Source: an uncultured virus (IMG/VR IMGVR_UViG_3300006888_000001) (taxonomy: Duplodnaviria > Heunggongvirae > Uroviricota > Caudoviricetes). From it: DNA of 64,000 bases. Positions 49,465 through 59,245 of this stretch are shown in pieces (position 1 is the first letter of the stretch; each line of letters starts with the position of its first letter). The position numbers and the translations under genes are program-made. The stretch lies in IMG/VR virus record IMGVR_UViG_3300006888_000001. One strand, 5' to 3'. The notes under the pieces were generated by a model. The model did not search any database, was not told the origin of the DNA, and was given only the letters and a program-made list of their open reading frames with translations.

Positions 49465-49629
49465 ATGACAATACTGGCATGTCCGAAATGTGGTTTGAAT
49501 TTGATGAATGACGATCAGCGTCACTGCAAGGAATGCGCACGAAAGTCGCGCAAGCGCATGATCCTGTTTGCAGCCGTGCTGTTACCAGTCTGCCTGTCCA
49601 TGGCCGCGGCGGGGTGGTTGCCGATGTAG
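49465..49629 (+). CDS. Small zinc-ribbon plus TM protein
   Basis: CPKC...CKEC then a hydrophobic tail; AAGGGGG RBS. Confidence 0.5.
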   Translation: MTILACPKCGLNLMNDDQRHCKECARKSRKRMILFAAVLLPVCLSMAAAGWLPM

Positions 49630-49641
49630 GCCTTCGCCTTT

Positions 49642-49689
49642 GCCTGGGACGCCGGAGGCCGTGGGTTCGAGTCCCTTCGGCCCCACTCA
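49642..49689 (+). pseudogene. Degenerate tRNA 3'-half (tRNA-Asp-like) followed by a terminator hairpin
   Basis: GCCTGggACGCCGGAGGCCGTGGGTTCGAGTCCCtTCGGCCCCAC; hairpin plus T run at 49700..49731. Confidence 0.55.
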
Positions 49690-50055
49690 AGCACTCAATG
49701 GTTTAAGGTCGAGCGGCTTTAAGCCCTTTTTATTTGTGCGCCCGGCAGGGTGCACTCATTTGCAGGTGATAATCTGGAAATGTTTTAATGATTCAGTCAA
49801 ACAGCAGATCGAATTCCATTCTTGATACATAACCAACTGATGATGTTTATAATTTTTGTAGCCAACCCGCCAAAACTGTCAGATCCTGTGTTGCATAACT
49901 GGCTGAAATCGTGCAATTCATTCTGCGGATAAATTAGCGAGTCTCACAGCGACGTCCTTCGATGCCTACACTCATGTAGCGCAAGCTGCTAACTTTCTAA
50001 TCTCGAACAACCTCGATCACAAAAATGCCGAACAAGAAATAGGTAGCCTAATTCA

Positions 50056-52089
50056 ATGAAAAACAATGTTGATCAGGAGTTTAGCGAATTCGTGCTTTTC
50101 TCTGAGGAAGAGATCAAAGCGCTAACTGCGCGAAGCTTTGAACGTGAGGTCAGAGGCAAGTCAGCTGTTTTTGTCAATTGCCTTGTCCGCAACAAGGACG
50201 TTCAGCTAAAACCCGAGGAACGCACCCGGCAACTTTGGCTGGCCCGACTTATCGACCAGTATAAGTACCCGGCATCGCGCATTCAGGTTGAATACCCCAT
50301 CACTTTTGGACGGGACAGTTCCAAGCGCGCCGATATCGTCGTCTTCGACGCCGACCGCCCGACAGTTCCTTACATCATCATTGAGGTGAAGCAGAGTAAG
50401 TTGCGAGATGGCAAGGAGCAACTGCGCTCCTACACACACGCGACGGGTGCGCCTCTGGCGGTGTGGAGCAACGGCATTCTCGACGAGGTCTGGCATCGCA
50501 AAAATCCGAACTACTTTGTCCCCATTCACCACCTGCCCCGAGCGAATCAGACGATCGAGGATATCGTCGATCAGCCGTGGACCATTCAGACCCTGATAGA
50601 CAAGGAGAATGAGCGGGAATGCGAGGGCTCAAAGGCACGTTCCCTGCGCGACTTGATCGAGGACATGGAAAACGAGGTTCTGGCCAACGCTGGTGTCGAT
50701 GTCTTTGAGGAAGTATTCAAACTGATCTTTACCAAGCTCTATGACGAGATGGCCACACATCGCGGCCAATATCCGTGCTTGCGTTTTCGAAACACCAACA
50801 CCGCCGCGCAACTAAAACGCGCCATTCAGGACTTGTTCGACGAAGCAAAGAATAAATGGCCCGGCGTATTCCTTGAAACCGAGCGCATACGCCTGTCGCC
50901 CGATCATCTGCAAGTCTGCGTCGGGTCTTTGGAAGAATGGAAGCTGTTCAACTCCAACCTCGACGTTATCGACGACGCTTTCGAATATCTCGTCAACAAG
51001 TCATCGAAGGGTGAAAAAGGCCAGTACTTTACCCCTCGCTGGGTGATCGACATGTGCGTAAAAATGCTCAATCCACAAGAGCATGAAACGGTGATAGACA
51101 CTGCGTGCGGTTCTGCGGGCTTTACGGTGCACTCTATGTTCCACGTCTGGCGAAAAATCATCGCGGACTTGGGACTACAGGAAAGCCACCTATTCACAAT
51201 GGAGCAGAAGCCACCACGTTGCGAAGACTATGTGCGCGACAAGGTGTTCGCCATCGACTTCGATGAAAAATCCGTCCGCGTCTCCCGCTGCCTCAACCTC
51301 ATCGCGGGCGACGGTGAAACCAACGTGCTTCATCTCAACACCCTCGACTGGACCAAGTGGGACGAGACGGTAAAGCAGGATGAATGGGGCGAGACCTACA
51401 GCGCCGGATGGCAGCGACTTCGCAGGCTCAGGGTTAGCACCAAACAGGCCGACTACCGGCAATTCAAGTTCGACGTGGTGATGGCCAACCCGCCTTTCGC
51501 GGGTGATATCAAACAATCCGAAATGCTGTCATCCTATGATCTGGCCCATAAGAAGGACGGCAAGCTGGAACGCGCCGTAGGTCGTGATCTACTGTTCATC
51601 GAACGCAATCTGGACTTCCTAAAACCTGGCGGCCGTATGGCTGTGGTGCTTCCACAGGGGCGATTCAACAACTCGTCCGACCGACGGGTGCGCGAGTTTA
51701 TCATGGAGCGTTGCCGCATCCTGGCCGTGGTGGGTTTGCACCCTAATAGCTTCAAACCGCACACCGGGACTAAGACAAGCGTGCTGTTTGTGCAGAAGTG
51801 GAACGACGATCCCTCTGCCGGACCACTCTGCCCTAAGGTGGGCGACTATAACATCTTCTTCGCCACGCAGCAGGTGGAAAGCATCAACAATTCGGGCGAG
51901 AAGGTCTATGTGCGCCGCGAGGACGGCGGCATGCTAATGCGTGATACGCATGGGCACTTCATCGTCGCTCATGACCTCTACAATCACGAGGGTCTGACAG
52001 GGGATGGCATAGCCGAAGCCTTTCAGGAGTTCGCCGCACAGGAGCAATTCAGTTTTTTTCGCTTCGCCCCTTCGACAGTGACCGCTTAG
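50056..52089 (+). CDS. Fused restriction endonuclease (HsdR N-terminal type) and N6-adenine methyltransferase (type IIB/IIG-like)
   Basis: RADIVV...IEVK...QLRSY nuclease motif; GQYFTPR, DTACGSAGF, NPPF. Confidence 0.88.
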   Translation: MKNNVDQEFSEFVLFSEEEIKALTARSFEREVRGKSAVFVNCLVRNKDVQLKPEERTRQLWLARLIDQYKYPASRIQVEYPITFGRDSSKRADIVVFDADRPTVPYIIIEVKQSKLRDGKEQLRSYTHATGAPLAVWSNGILDEVWHRKNPNYFVPIHHLPRANQTIEDIVDQPWTIQTLIDKENERECEGSKARSLRDLIEDMENEVLANAGVDVFEEVFKLIFTKLYDEMATHRGQYPCLRFRNTNTAAQLKRAIQDLFDEAKNKWPGVFLETERIRLSPDHLQVCVGSLEEWKLFNSNLDVIDDAFEYLVNKSSKGEKGQYFTPRWVIDMCVKMLNPQEHETVIDTACGSAGFTVHSMFHVWRKIIADLGLQESHLFTMEQKPPRCEDYVRDKVFAIDFDEKSVRVSRCLNLIAGDGETNVLHLNTLDWTKWDETVKQDEWGETYSAGWQRLRRLRVSTKQADYRQFKFDVVMANPPFAGDIKQSEMLSSYDLAHKKDGKLERAVGRDLLFIERNLDFLKPGGRMAVVLPQGRFNNSSDRRVREFIMERCRILAVVGLHPNSFKPHTGTKTSVLFVQKWNDDPSAGPLCPKVGDYNIFFATQQVESINNSGEKVYVRREDGGMLMRDTHGHFIVAHDLYNHEGLTGDGIAEAFQEFAAQEQFSFFRFAPSTVTA

Positions 52090-52097
52090 GCGCACTG

Positions 52098-53495
52098 TTG
52101 GAGGGGCTTGAAGCAACTATAGCAAAATTATCGCAGCTTGAAAGGACATCGCGCATAGACGCAGAGTTCTTTAAACGGAGTTTTCTCCGCTCCGAGGCAT
52201 TTATTAAAAAGTGTCAATGCAAAAGCGTCGATCAACTTACGCATGTCTCGGATGGTAACCATTTTTCGATTAGCGAAGACTTTGTTGACAATGGAATTCC
52301 ATATTATCGTGGGCAAGATGTTACAAATCGATTCTTCATCGAGACATCCGCGCCAATCCACATAACTTATGAAGCATATGATCGAAAATACATGCGTAGG
52401 TCTTACCTCAAGCGAGGGGATGTTCTCTTATCAATCATTGGCACTATTGGCGAGTTAAGCCTTGTTGCATCGGATAAACCAGCGACCTGTTCGTGCAAGT
52501 TGGCTATACTTCGACCACGCAAAATTACACCTGAGTACTTGGCGGTCTTCCTGCGCTCTGAACATGGGCAAAACCAGATTGAACGGCTTACCCGTGGTGC
52601 GGTTCAGAAGGGTTTGATCCTCGAGGACATGGATCAGTTGTGGGTGCCGCAGGTATCGTCAGAGTTCGAGAAGCGCATCACATATACTGTGCTTACGGCC
52701 CGCGACAAGCAAGAAGTCTCTGGCAGGGAGTTGATTAAGGCCGAAGAAATCCTATTATCGGCCTTGGGGCTAAAGGGTTGGAAGCCACCGGAACCGCTTA
52801 GCTACACAGCCCGCGCTAGCGACGCCTTCGCCGCCGGACGTTGGGATGCGCAGTATTTCCGTCCTTTGTTCGCCGAGGTCGAAAAGCGTCTTTCCGCTAC
52901 GGGCAAGGCTGTTGCATTGGGTGCGATTCTCGATATCAACAGCCGTGGCCAACAACCACTTTATGCGGACGAAGGATTGCCAGTCGTCAACTCTAAGCAC
53001 GTCCGCACCAATAACGTATTGCTCGACAATGACAATCGCCGCGCCGTGGAAGCGGGCTCCCCCCTAATCATCAAAAAGGGCGATGTTCTGTTGAATGGAA
53101 CAGGAGTCGGCACGATTGGCCGAGCCGCGGCCTATCTGCATGAGCAACAAGCGTTGCCCGACAACCATGTGACTGTCCTTCGCTCTGCACTTGTCGATCC
53201 TATATACCTTGCCGTGTTCCTTAATAGCCAGCTTGGCCAGTTGCAGATCGAGCGGCACATCAAGGGTTCATCTGGCCAGATCGAACTCTATCCCGACGAT
53301 ATTGCGAAGGTGGTATTTTGGAACGCACCCGATCATGTGCAGGCAAAAGTCCGTAATGCCGTCTTGTCAGCTTTCAATCAAGAACGTCGCGCACAAGAAC
53401 TGCTCGAAGGTGCCAAGCGCGCCGTCGAAATAGCCATTGAAGGCGGCGAACCTGCCGCGCTGGCCTTCCTTGATGCTGTAGAGGAGTCAAACTGA
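52098..53495 (+). CDS. hsdS: Restriction-modification specificity (S) subunit
   Basis: Two TRD repeats (RIDAEFF...GDVLLSIIGTIG...PEYLAVFL; RWDAQYF...GDVLLNGTGVGTIG...PIYLAVFL) with helical spacers. Confidence 0.85.
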   Translation: MEGLEATIAKLSQLERTSRIDAEFFKRSFLRSEAFIKKCQCKSVDQLTHVSDGNHFSISEDFVDNGIPYYRGQDVTNRFFIETSAPIHITYEAYDRKYMRRSYLKRGDVLLSIIGTIGELSLVASDKPATCSCKLAILRPRKITPEYLAVFLRSEHGQNQIERLTRGAVQKGLILEDMDQLWVPQVSSEFEKRITYTVLTARDKQEVSGRELIKAEEILLSALGLKGWKPPEPLSYTARASDAFAAGRWDAQYFRPLFAEVEKRLSATGKAVALGAILDINSRGQQPLYADEGLPVVNSKHVRTNNVLLDNDNRRAVEAGSPLIIKKGDVLLNGTGVGTIGRAAAYLHEQQALPDNHVTVLRSALVDPIYLAVFLNSQLGQLQIERHIKGSSGQIELYPDDIAKVVFWNAPDHVQAKVRNAVLSAFNQERRAQELLEGAKRAVEIAIEGGEPAALAFLDAVEESN

Positions 53496-54292
53496 TGGCC
53501 CTTCCCCCGCACGCGCAGGAATGGATGGGCAAGGCCGAGATCGACTACATCGGTCCCTTTGTGAAGGCATGGGCCGCGTTCAACGCATGGTATCGTCATG
53601 CCAGCGGGCAAGCAACCGAACGCGCCATGCTCAAATTCGCGATTCGTGATCACAATAGCCATCTGCGTCGTCATCTCCTGCCCCTTCTGACCAACGGTAA
53701 CGGCACAGCAGAAGCGGAGCGGTTGAAGCTGGCGATATGCGACCTGCAACAAAAGCTCGACGCCATTCATTTCGAGGTGACGCCCAAAGGACGACGTGAG
53801 CGGGTTTCGCTGCGCGAGGTCTGCATCAATCCGCCGGTCAACTGGAACGGCGATCATTTGGAAAAAAACAGGCACAGCTACACGGTGACAAAGATACAGG
53901 GTGGTCAGTATCAGATCACAGTCACATCATTGCAGACACAGCGGGTGCGCTTCCAGCATATTCAAGCAGGCTACGATCCGGCAGAAATCTATACGCTTCC
54001 TGATTTCAATAACAAGTTGTCTGAAGCTCAGCGCATAATTCTTCGACAGTTTTACGACACATGCAATCCACGCCCAATGACGGATCTTGTTCAAGGCGGT
54101 GGCCCGGCGCTTGAAATCTCGACCATGCAGTTCCAATGCAGGGCCGAAGACCTGTTGGCTGGCTTGGTCGAGACGCTTTACGCCATGCGCAACGCCCTGC
54201 TGCACGGCGAAGTCGATCCCGACGAACAGGTGCTTGCCTGCTACGAACCCGCCTATCGGGTCGTCATGTGCTTCCTTAAGTCAATCGGGTAG
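53495..54292 (+). CDS. HEPN-like protein coupled to the R-M operon
   Basis: TGATG overlap; FVKAWAAFNAWY and YAMRNALLHG (RxxxxH). Confidence 0.7.
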   Translation: MALPPHAQEWMGKAEIDYIGPFVKAWAAFNAWYRHASGQATERAMLKFAIRDHNSHLRRHLLPLLTNGNGTAEAERLKLAICDLQQKLDAIHFEVTPKGRRERVSLREVCINPPVNWNGDHLEKNRHSYTVTKIQGGQYQITVTSLQTQRVRFQHIQAGYDPAEIYTLPDFNNKLSEAQRIILRQFYDTCNPRPMTDLVQGGGPALEISTMQFQCRAEDLLAGLVETLYAMRNALLHGEVDPDEQVLACYEPAYRVVMCFLKSIG

Positions 54293-54428
54293 GTGGACAG
54301 AATCAAGCGGTTAAGAAATTGCCAATGCGGTTACGCCGCACCGACATAACACTTGTGGGTTTTTTGTGGGTTTTGAACTCACGAGAATTAATGCTGTGGC
54401 TCAGTCCGCCAATGTTCTCTCTTCACTC

Positions 54429-55031
54429 TTAAAGTTCAAGTTTAAGTTCTTGTTCCAATCCCAAAAAGCTGAGACTCTTGATTGTCTTCTTGCCGTTATC
54501 GATGATCAAGACAGTGTAATCTCCCTTATCCAAAGCAATTCTTTCCGGTTTTCTGTCGATTAAAAAGGGCCCGATCCTGTTATTCGTGGCTTGATGTATC
54601 AGCCAAAGGGTGACCGTCTTTCGAGCGCTTACGGTCAGGACTCCTTTTTCTTTTTTTGTGCTGACTGGATGTATGACGGCACTGTTCGACGCAGTATTGT
54701 CTATTTGCATCTCTTTTTTGGTGATTTGGTAGACTTCATTTGCTATTGGGCGGCTGTTCGCTATGACTAAGTGCCCGAACTGGTAAATGATATACATTAT
54801 TACCATAAAAGCAGGAATTCCAAAAATCAATCCTCTCCCATTATTCGCTCGCCAACGAGTGATCCTCCAAGCCTTGAGGTTTTCGTTTTTCTTTCTTTTC
54901 TCCTCGTTGATAATATCACGTGCAGAATACAGACATCCACATCGAGGACACGAAAGAGGAGAGAATTTCATATCCTGCTCATTCGCCTTGTACAGGCACT
55001 TGGGGCAAATTTTCACTGCTTGGTGTCCCAT
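54429..55031 (-). CDS. Zinc-ribbon plus TM protein
   Basis: CPKC...CPRC, then one TM helix and a soluble domain. Confidence 0.6.
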   Translation of the reverse strand: MGHQAVKICPKCLYKANEQDMKFSPLSCPRCGCLYSARDIINEEKRKKNENLKAWRITRWRANNGRGLIFGIPAFMVIMYIIYQFGHLVIANSRPIANEVYQITKKEMQIDNTASNSAVIHPVSTKKEKGVLTVSARKTVTLWLIHQATNNRIGPFLIDRKPERIALDKGDYTVLIIDNGKKTIKSLSFLGLEQELKLEL

Positions 55032-55245
55032 TAGCTGGCCAATAATTGAATTTATGAAACCGATTATTGTTTTTATGACACGATTTCAACCCAATTTTGC
55101 TTTCGTGAGGTACCGTCCTATCATTCTTTACGCAGATGTAGGCGCAGCCGCTTCGTCCGAATGTATGACAACTTTTTTTGCTGATTTTCTGATCAAGCCG
55201 TGCTATTGGGGCGCCCAATAATTCATTTACTCATGGAAGGCGCAC

Positions 55246-55746
55246 ATGAAAAAGTTGTCCACGACTCTGCTTCTTTTCTTCCTTTTCCAGACGGGGTGCT
55301 TCAATCTGGCAACGCCTCCTTCTCAAATATCCGGATCATATACTTCAGAACTGCGGTACCAAAGCTTCACGTGCGAAGAGCTCTCCGCAGAATTGAGTTC
55401 CCTGGCGCGGCGGGAGAACCAATTGGCAACGGCTCAAGAGCAGCGGCGAAAGTCGAGCATGGTTCAGGCGTTTTGGATTGGATATGGCAACGGTGACGGG
55501 ATAGAAGCCGCAGAATTGGCAAATGTGCGCGGAGAAAAAGAGGCCGTACGAAAGGCCATTGAATCGAATCGGTGCGGAGCCTCTAAAAACCTTTCAGCAA
55601 AATCCGCCACAACTACCAATCCAGCAGGACCCTTGAACGACAACCTTAGGCGCGACCTGGAAACCATTGAACAGTGGAGGTCGGCTGGCATCCTCACTGA
55701 GAAAGAGGCAGGGGAGTTGAGAAGGGAAGCTCTGCAGAAATACTAG
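55246..55746 (+). CDS. Lipoprotein with SHOCT-like C-terminus
   Basis: Signal peptide ending TGC; GILTEKEAGELRREAL. Confidence 0.7.
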   Translation: MKKLSTTLLLFFLFQTGCFNLATPPSQISGSYTSELRYQSFTCEELSAELSSLARRENQLATAQEQRRKSSMVQAFWIGYGNGDGIEAAELANVRGEKEAVRKAIESNRCGASKNLSAKSATTTNPAGPLNDNLRRDLETIEQWRSAGILTEKEAGELRREALQKY

Positions 55747-56108
55747 GGTGAGGGTATGTCCATTGTTTGACAATTTTTATTTAAAGATAAGTTGCATGTA
55801 AAAAAAATTTCACAAAAGACATGAAATTTTATCATGCATAACTAAAATGAGTCTTTTAAATTTCACTTTGCCTTGGTAGTGTAGACGAAAAAAATATGAT
55901 TTCGCTAAGTATAATATACTGTTAAAATTTTGATGCGTAGAACGTTAAATTTAAATTTATTTAATTCTGATTAAGCTAAATTTTGTTGTTCTTAACATCT
56001 TTAAATGTATTTTTTATGACTGTATATGTGTAAAATATATTTGAATCGTCGTTATTATTGAAAAAATTTAAAATAACTTTTCAAATCACTAAAAAAATTG
56101 AGGTTCGT

Positions 56109-56570
56109 ATGAAGGTGCTTGGAATTCGAACTGCGCCGAAGCAGTTGAGATTTGCATTGTTGGAAATGGACGGAACTGACATTAAATTCCTTAACCAAGA
56201 CGCTGAAAATCTGATCAAGGTGCCCGCTAGTGTGACAGAGGTCGAAGACATTGTTCATTGGCAGAAATCGGAGATTGACAGAATACTCAGGCAAAATCAG
56301 GACATCGATTTGGTTGCGATTAAGACGAGCGAATATGCTGGAAATGAAACCAAATTAACTCGCTTGGCTTCGTATCTTGACGCCGCTGTTTTGCTGGCCG
56401 CTAAAGATGCCAACATCACAGTCTGCACCCGTGTATACAGCCAAATCGGTACCAAAAGAGCAAACGTCAAGGAACACGCTGAGTCTAGAGTTGGTGCTAC
56501 GGAAAAGTATTGGAACGAACAAATTGCCGACGCGATTATGGTGGCTTGGGCTGTCAGGGAAAAAGCCTAG
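56109..56570 (+). CDS. RNase H/RuvC-like fold protein (first catalytic Asp replaced)
   Basis: MKVLGIR...FALLE, IDLVAIK, IADAIMVAW pattern. Confidence 0.55.
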   Translation: MKVLGIRTAPKQLRFALLEMDGTDIKFLNQDAENLIKVPASVTEVEDIVHWQKSEIDRILRQNQDIDLVAIKTSEYAGNETKLTRLASYLDAAVLLAAKDANITVCTRVYSQIGTKRANVKEHAESRVGATEKYWNEQIADAIMVAWAVREKA

Positions 56571-57637
56571 TGTCGGCGCCGAAATTTAATGCAGGAGATA
56601 GGCTGTATAAGTATCAGCTAAAGCATCACATTGGTGGTGGTCATTTCGGCGAAGTTTGGCTCGCGCATGATCTCACTTTAGCTAGGGATGTTGCCATCAA
56701 GATTCTCGATGAAAATATGGCTTCTGTGGCGGAGAACCTGAACGAGGCAAAAGTCGGAAATAGGCTTGAACACCCGAATGTTATCCACGTTCACTACGCG
56801 GACGTTGTCAGAACCCCCTCTGGAAATGTTGTAGCGATTGCTATGGATTTCCACTCAAATGGCTGTGCGACTACACAGGTGAATTCATCTAACTTTCTAC
56901 CAATGACAGAGGCGATTCGAATAACAATCGATATTCTCAGGGGGCTTGAGTACCTTCATGAATCCGGCCTTTTTCACAACGACATTAAGCCTTCTAATAT
57001 TCTTATTGGTCCACGAGGAGAAGGAATCCTCACGGATTATGGAATTTCTTGCGCATCGCCAAGTTTAAGTCCAGTGAAAGCACCAAATGTCTACATCCTT
57101 CACGCAGCGCCGGAAACCATTGCCACATGCAACATCACTCTATCGACTGACATATACCAAGTTGGTCTAACATTATTCAGATTGTTGAACGGTGTTGCAA
57201 CTATTCGTGATTTACTTAACAGTGTTGGGGAAAAACAGTTTGAAGACCTAAAAGCAAAAGGAAAGGTGCCAAGAAAACAGGACTACTTACCATTTCCATC
57301 ATCTGTAGCTAGAGTTATCGCAAAAGCCACTAAACCCAACCCAACTGACAGATTTCAATCAGCACTGGGAATGCGGCGAGCACTCGAAGCAATTTCTGTA
57401 ACTGGATATTGGACTACCGACGCCACGGGAGATTATCTTGGCGTTTTGGGTAACCAAACATTTCGTTTTTCTCAGGAAAAGACCAAGAGCGGATACAGGT
57501 TCAATGCGTTTCGTACGAGACTGGAGAGCGGTAATGAAACTCGCGTGGCGAAGATGTCTGGTTCAAGGCTAAATAATGATGAAATCAAGAAACATAAGAA
57601 AGATTTTATGCTTTCGGTGGTAAACGGTGAGTTGTGA
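56570..57637 (+). CDS. Hanks-type Ser/Thr protein kinase
   Basis: GGGHFGEV, VAIK, HNDIKPSN, DYG, APE, DIYQVG; GTG start overlaps the upstream TAG. Confidence 0.92.
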   Translation: MSAPKFNAGDRLYKYQLKHHIGGGHFGEVWLAHDLTLARDVAIKILDENMASVAENLNEAKVGNRLEHPNVIHVHYADVVRTPSGNVVAIAMDFHSNGCATTQVNSSNFLPMTEAIRITIDILRGLEYLHESGLFHNDIKPSNILIGPRGEGILTDYGISCASPSLSPVKAPNVYILHAAPETIATCNITLSTDIYQVGLTLFRLLNGVATIRDLLNSVGEKQFEDLKAKGKVPRKQDYLPFPSSVARVIAKATKPNPTDRFQSALGMRRALEAISVTGYWTTDATGDYLGVLGNQTFRFSQEKTKSGYRFNAFRTRLESGNETRVAKMSGSRLNNDEIKKHKKDFMLSVVNGEL

Positions 57638-57705
57638 TCTAAGAATTCGCTCCACGGACAAAATTTTGCTTCGCTCGCATTTTTCCGGTGAGCTAAGCAT
57701 TATAC
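57637..57705 (+). other. Degenerate integron attC-like site
   Basis: ATCTAAgAATTCGCTCCACGGAC...GCTTCGC...CCGGTGAGCTAAGCaTTATAC, imperfect palindrome starting at the kinase stop codon. Confidence 0.5.
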
Positions 57706-57849
57706 GTTACAAGTTATTCTTATAGCAATGGATAATAAAAAAAAAGATTGAATCTTTAGCGGAATATTTGTTTTTTTATCATTTCTGTTGTTATTTGTTT
57801 CCTTCGCAGAATAATCTCCGGTTCGGAGCAGTGCTACATGATGCTGTCG

Positions 57850-57993
57850 TCAACGATTGCCAATTTCCTTCGCCTTCATCTCATTGAAACAAATGTTAAT
57901 CTCGCAGTTTAACATTTCATGATTGCTCCTGAGAAGGAACACGGCAACCAGAAGAACGAGAAAAATGCTGACAATTGCAATTAAAGTTATCAT
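57850..57993 (-). CDS. Possible 47-aa membrane peptide
   Basis: MITLIAIVSIFLVLLVAVFLLR...; purine-rich GAGAAGGA upstream. Confidence 0.3.
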   Translation of the reverse strand: MITLIAIVSIFLVLLVAVFLLRSNHEMLNCEINICFNEMKAKEIGNR

Positions 57994-58114
57994 TCCTTCT
58001 CTGTAACCCATTTGGGAGAATATGCAATCCTATGTGTCAAATAGGGGCATACTCGAACTGATCGTTCGTGAGCCCTCCTCTGAAATGTCATCTGGGTAAA
58101 TCGGCAATCATCGT

Positions 58115-58159
58115 CCTGTCACGCCGGTGGCTCAGAGTTCGAACTCAATGGGCTCCGCC
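58115..58159 (+). pseudogene. Degenerate tRNA-Asp(GTC) 3'-half
   Basis: CCTGTCACGCCGGTGG...GAGTTCGAACTC...GGCTCCGCC. Confidence 0.5.
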
Positions 58160-58487
58160 CTGAACTCTAATTTTCTGTGGGATCTAACGAGGTGGAAAAG
58201 ACGGGGTGTTCCGGGCATTTTTCATTATGGGTACCTATTCGTATGAATGAATATTATTGCGTACCTTTTGTGCGAATATTACGAGAATCAGACCTAATAA
58301 TTATGATGTATTGTTGAGATTAAATTATGCATACAGATAAATATTTTTATCGATGCAGAATATTTTATTAATTTTTTATACTATATCGATCATAAACATA
58401 TTAAAATTTGTCAAAATGTTGGATTATTCTTATTGTTATTTTCAAAATCGACTTAATTTTCTATAATTTATAAATTTTGAATTAGTA

Positions 58488-58940
58488 TTATTTGGAAATT
58501 ATAGCCAAAACAGCCTTATTTATCATATCTTTACTTGCTTCATTTTCCTTCATTACTTCGCAAACTTTGTCGATTAGCCGAAGCTGCGCTTCGCAAGACT
58601 TCGCATCATCATATGTATTGATCGTAAGCTCGGGGAGATCTTCAGGCTGCGATCCGTCAATGTTTTGGGCGTTGGTCAGGCGCAGGTGTCGCGCTGTTGT
58701 CTGCGATGCGTCCGGGAGGAACATGTTCCCGGTGCCGTAGAAAAGCCAATTCATATCAATGCCATAAGTTTGGCCAAGCTGCTGAATATGCGAGAACTTT
58801 GGTTCTGAATTTCCGTCCGTCTTCATGAAACTGTGCATGGATTGCCGGCTGATTCCGGCGGCCTTGGCCATGTCGGTCTGCTTTATACTGAGCTCGCGCT
58901 GAATGAGCAGAAACTGTTCTGAACATTTTACGCTTTCCAT
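58488..58940 (-). CDS. CI-like XRE repressor
   Basis: QTDMAKAAGISRQSM HTH, IDMNWLFYGTGNMF; divergent from cro; start uncertain (58973/58952/58940). Confidence 0.8.
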   Translation of the reverse strand: MESVKCSEQFLLIQRELSIKQTDMAKAAGISRQSMHSFMKTDGNSEPKFSHIQQLGQTYGIDMNWLFYGTGNMFLPDASQTTARHLRLTNAQNIDGSQPEDLPELTINTYDDAKSCEAQLRLIDKVCEVMKENEASKDMINKAVLAIISK

Positions 58941-58967
58941 GCTGTTTGACATACTGTTCACCCTTAT

Positions 58968-58988
58968 GGACAAAAAATTTAATTGTCC
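58968..58988. promoter_or_regulatory. Putative operator in the cI-cro intergenic region
   Basis: GGACAA-N9-TTGTCC inverted repeat; TTGACA at 58946. Confidence 0.4.
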
Positions 58989-59029
58989 TTATTTCTGTCT
59001 TGTATTCATTTCTAAAAGTGAGGGAGGCT

Positions 59030-59245
59030 ATGGGCGCTCTGGTTAAAAAACCTACACGGCAAAGCGAGCTGAACGCATGGCTCGTGCGACATCGTGTAAA
59101 AAAGATGGAACTCGCAAAACTTCTGGGAGTCTCATATCAGCGGCTGGTCCAGCAGCTGCGCGGCATATACATGACCGATGCCACGCGGGAGAAGCTGGTC
59201 TCAGCCGGCATTCCCGCCGAGCTTCTTCCAGGGAGCGACGAATGA
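59030..59245 (+). CDS. Cro-like regulator
   Basis: GGAGG RBS; KMELAKLLGVSYQRL HTH. Confidence 0.75.
   Translation: MGALVKKPTRQSELNAWLVRHRVKKMELAKLLGVSYQRLVQQLRGIYMTDATREKLVSAGIPAELLPGSDE

Noticed and set aside
49642..49689. Functional second tRNA gene
   Set aside because: 5' half and D-arm are missing, the T-stem is mismatched and there is no CCA; kept only as a remnant
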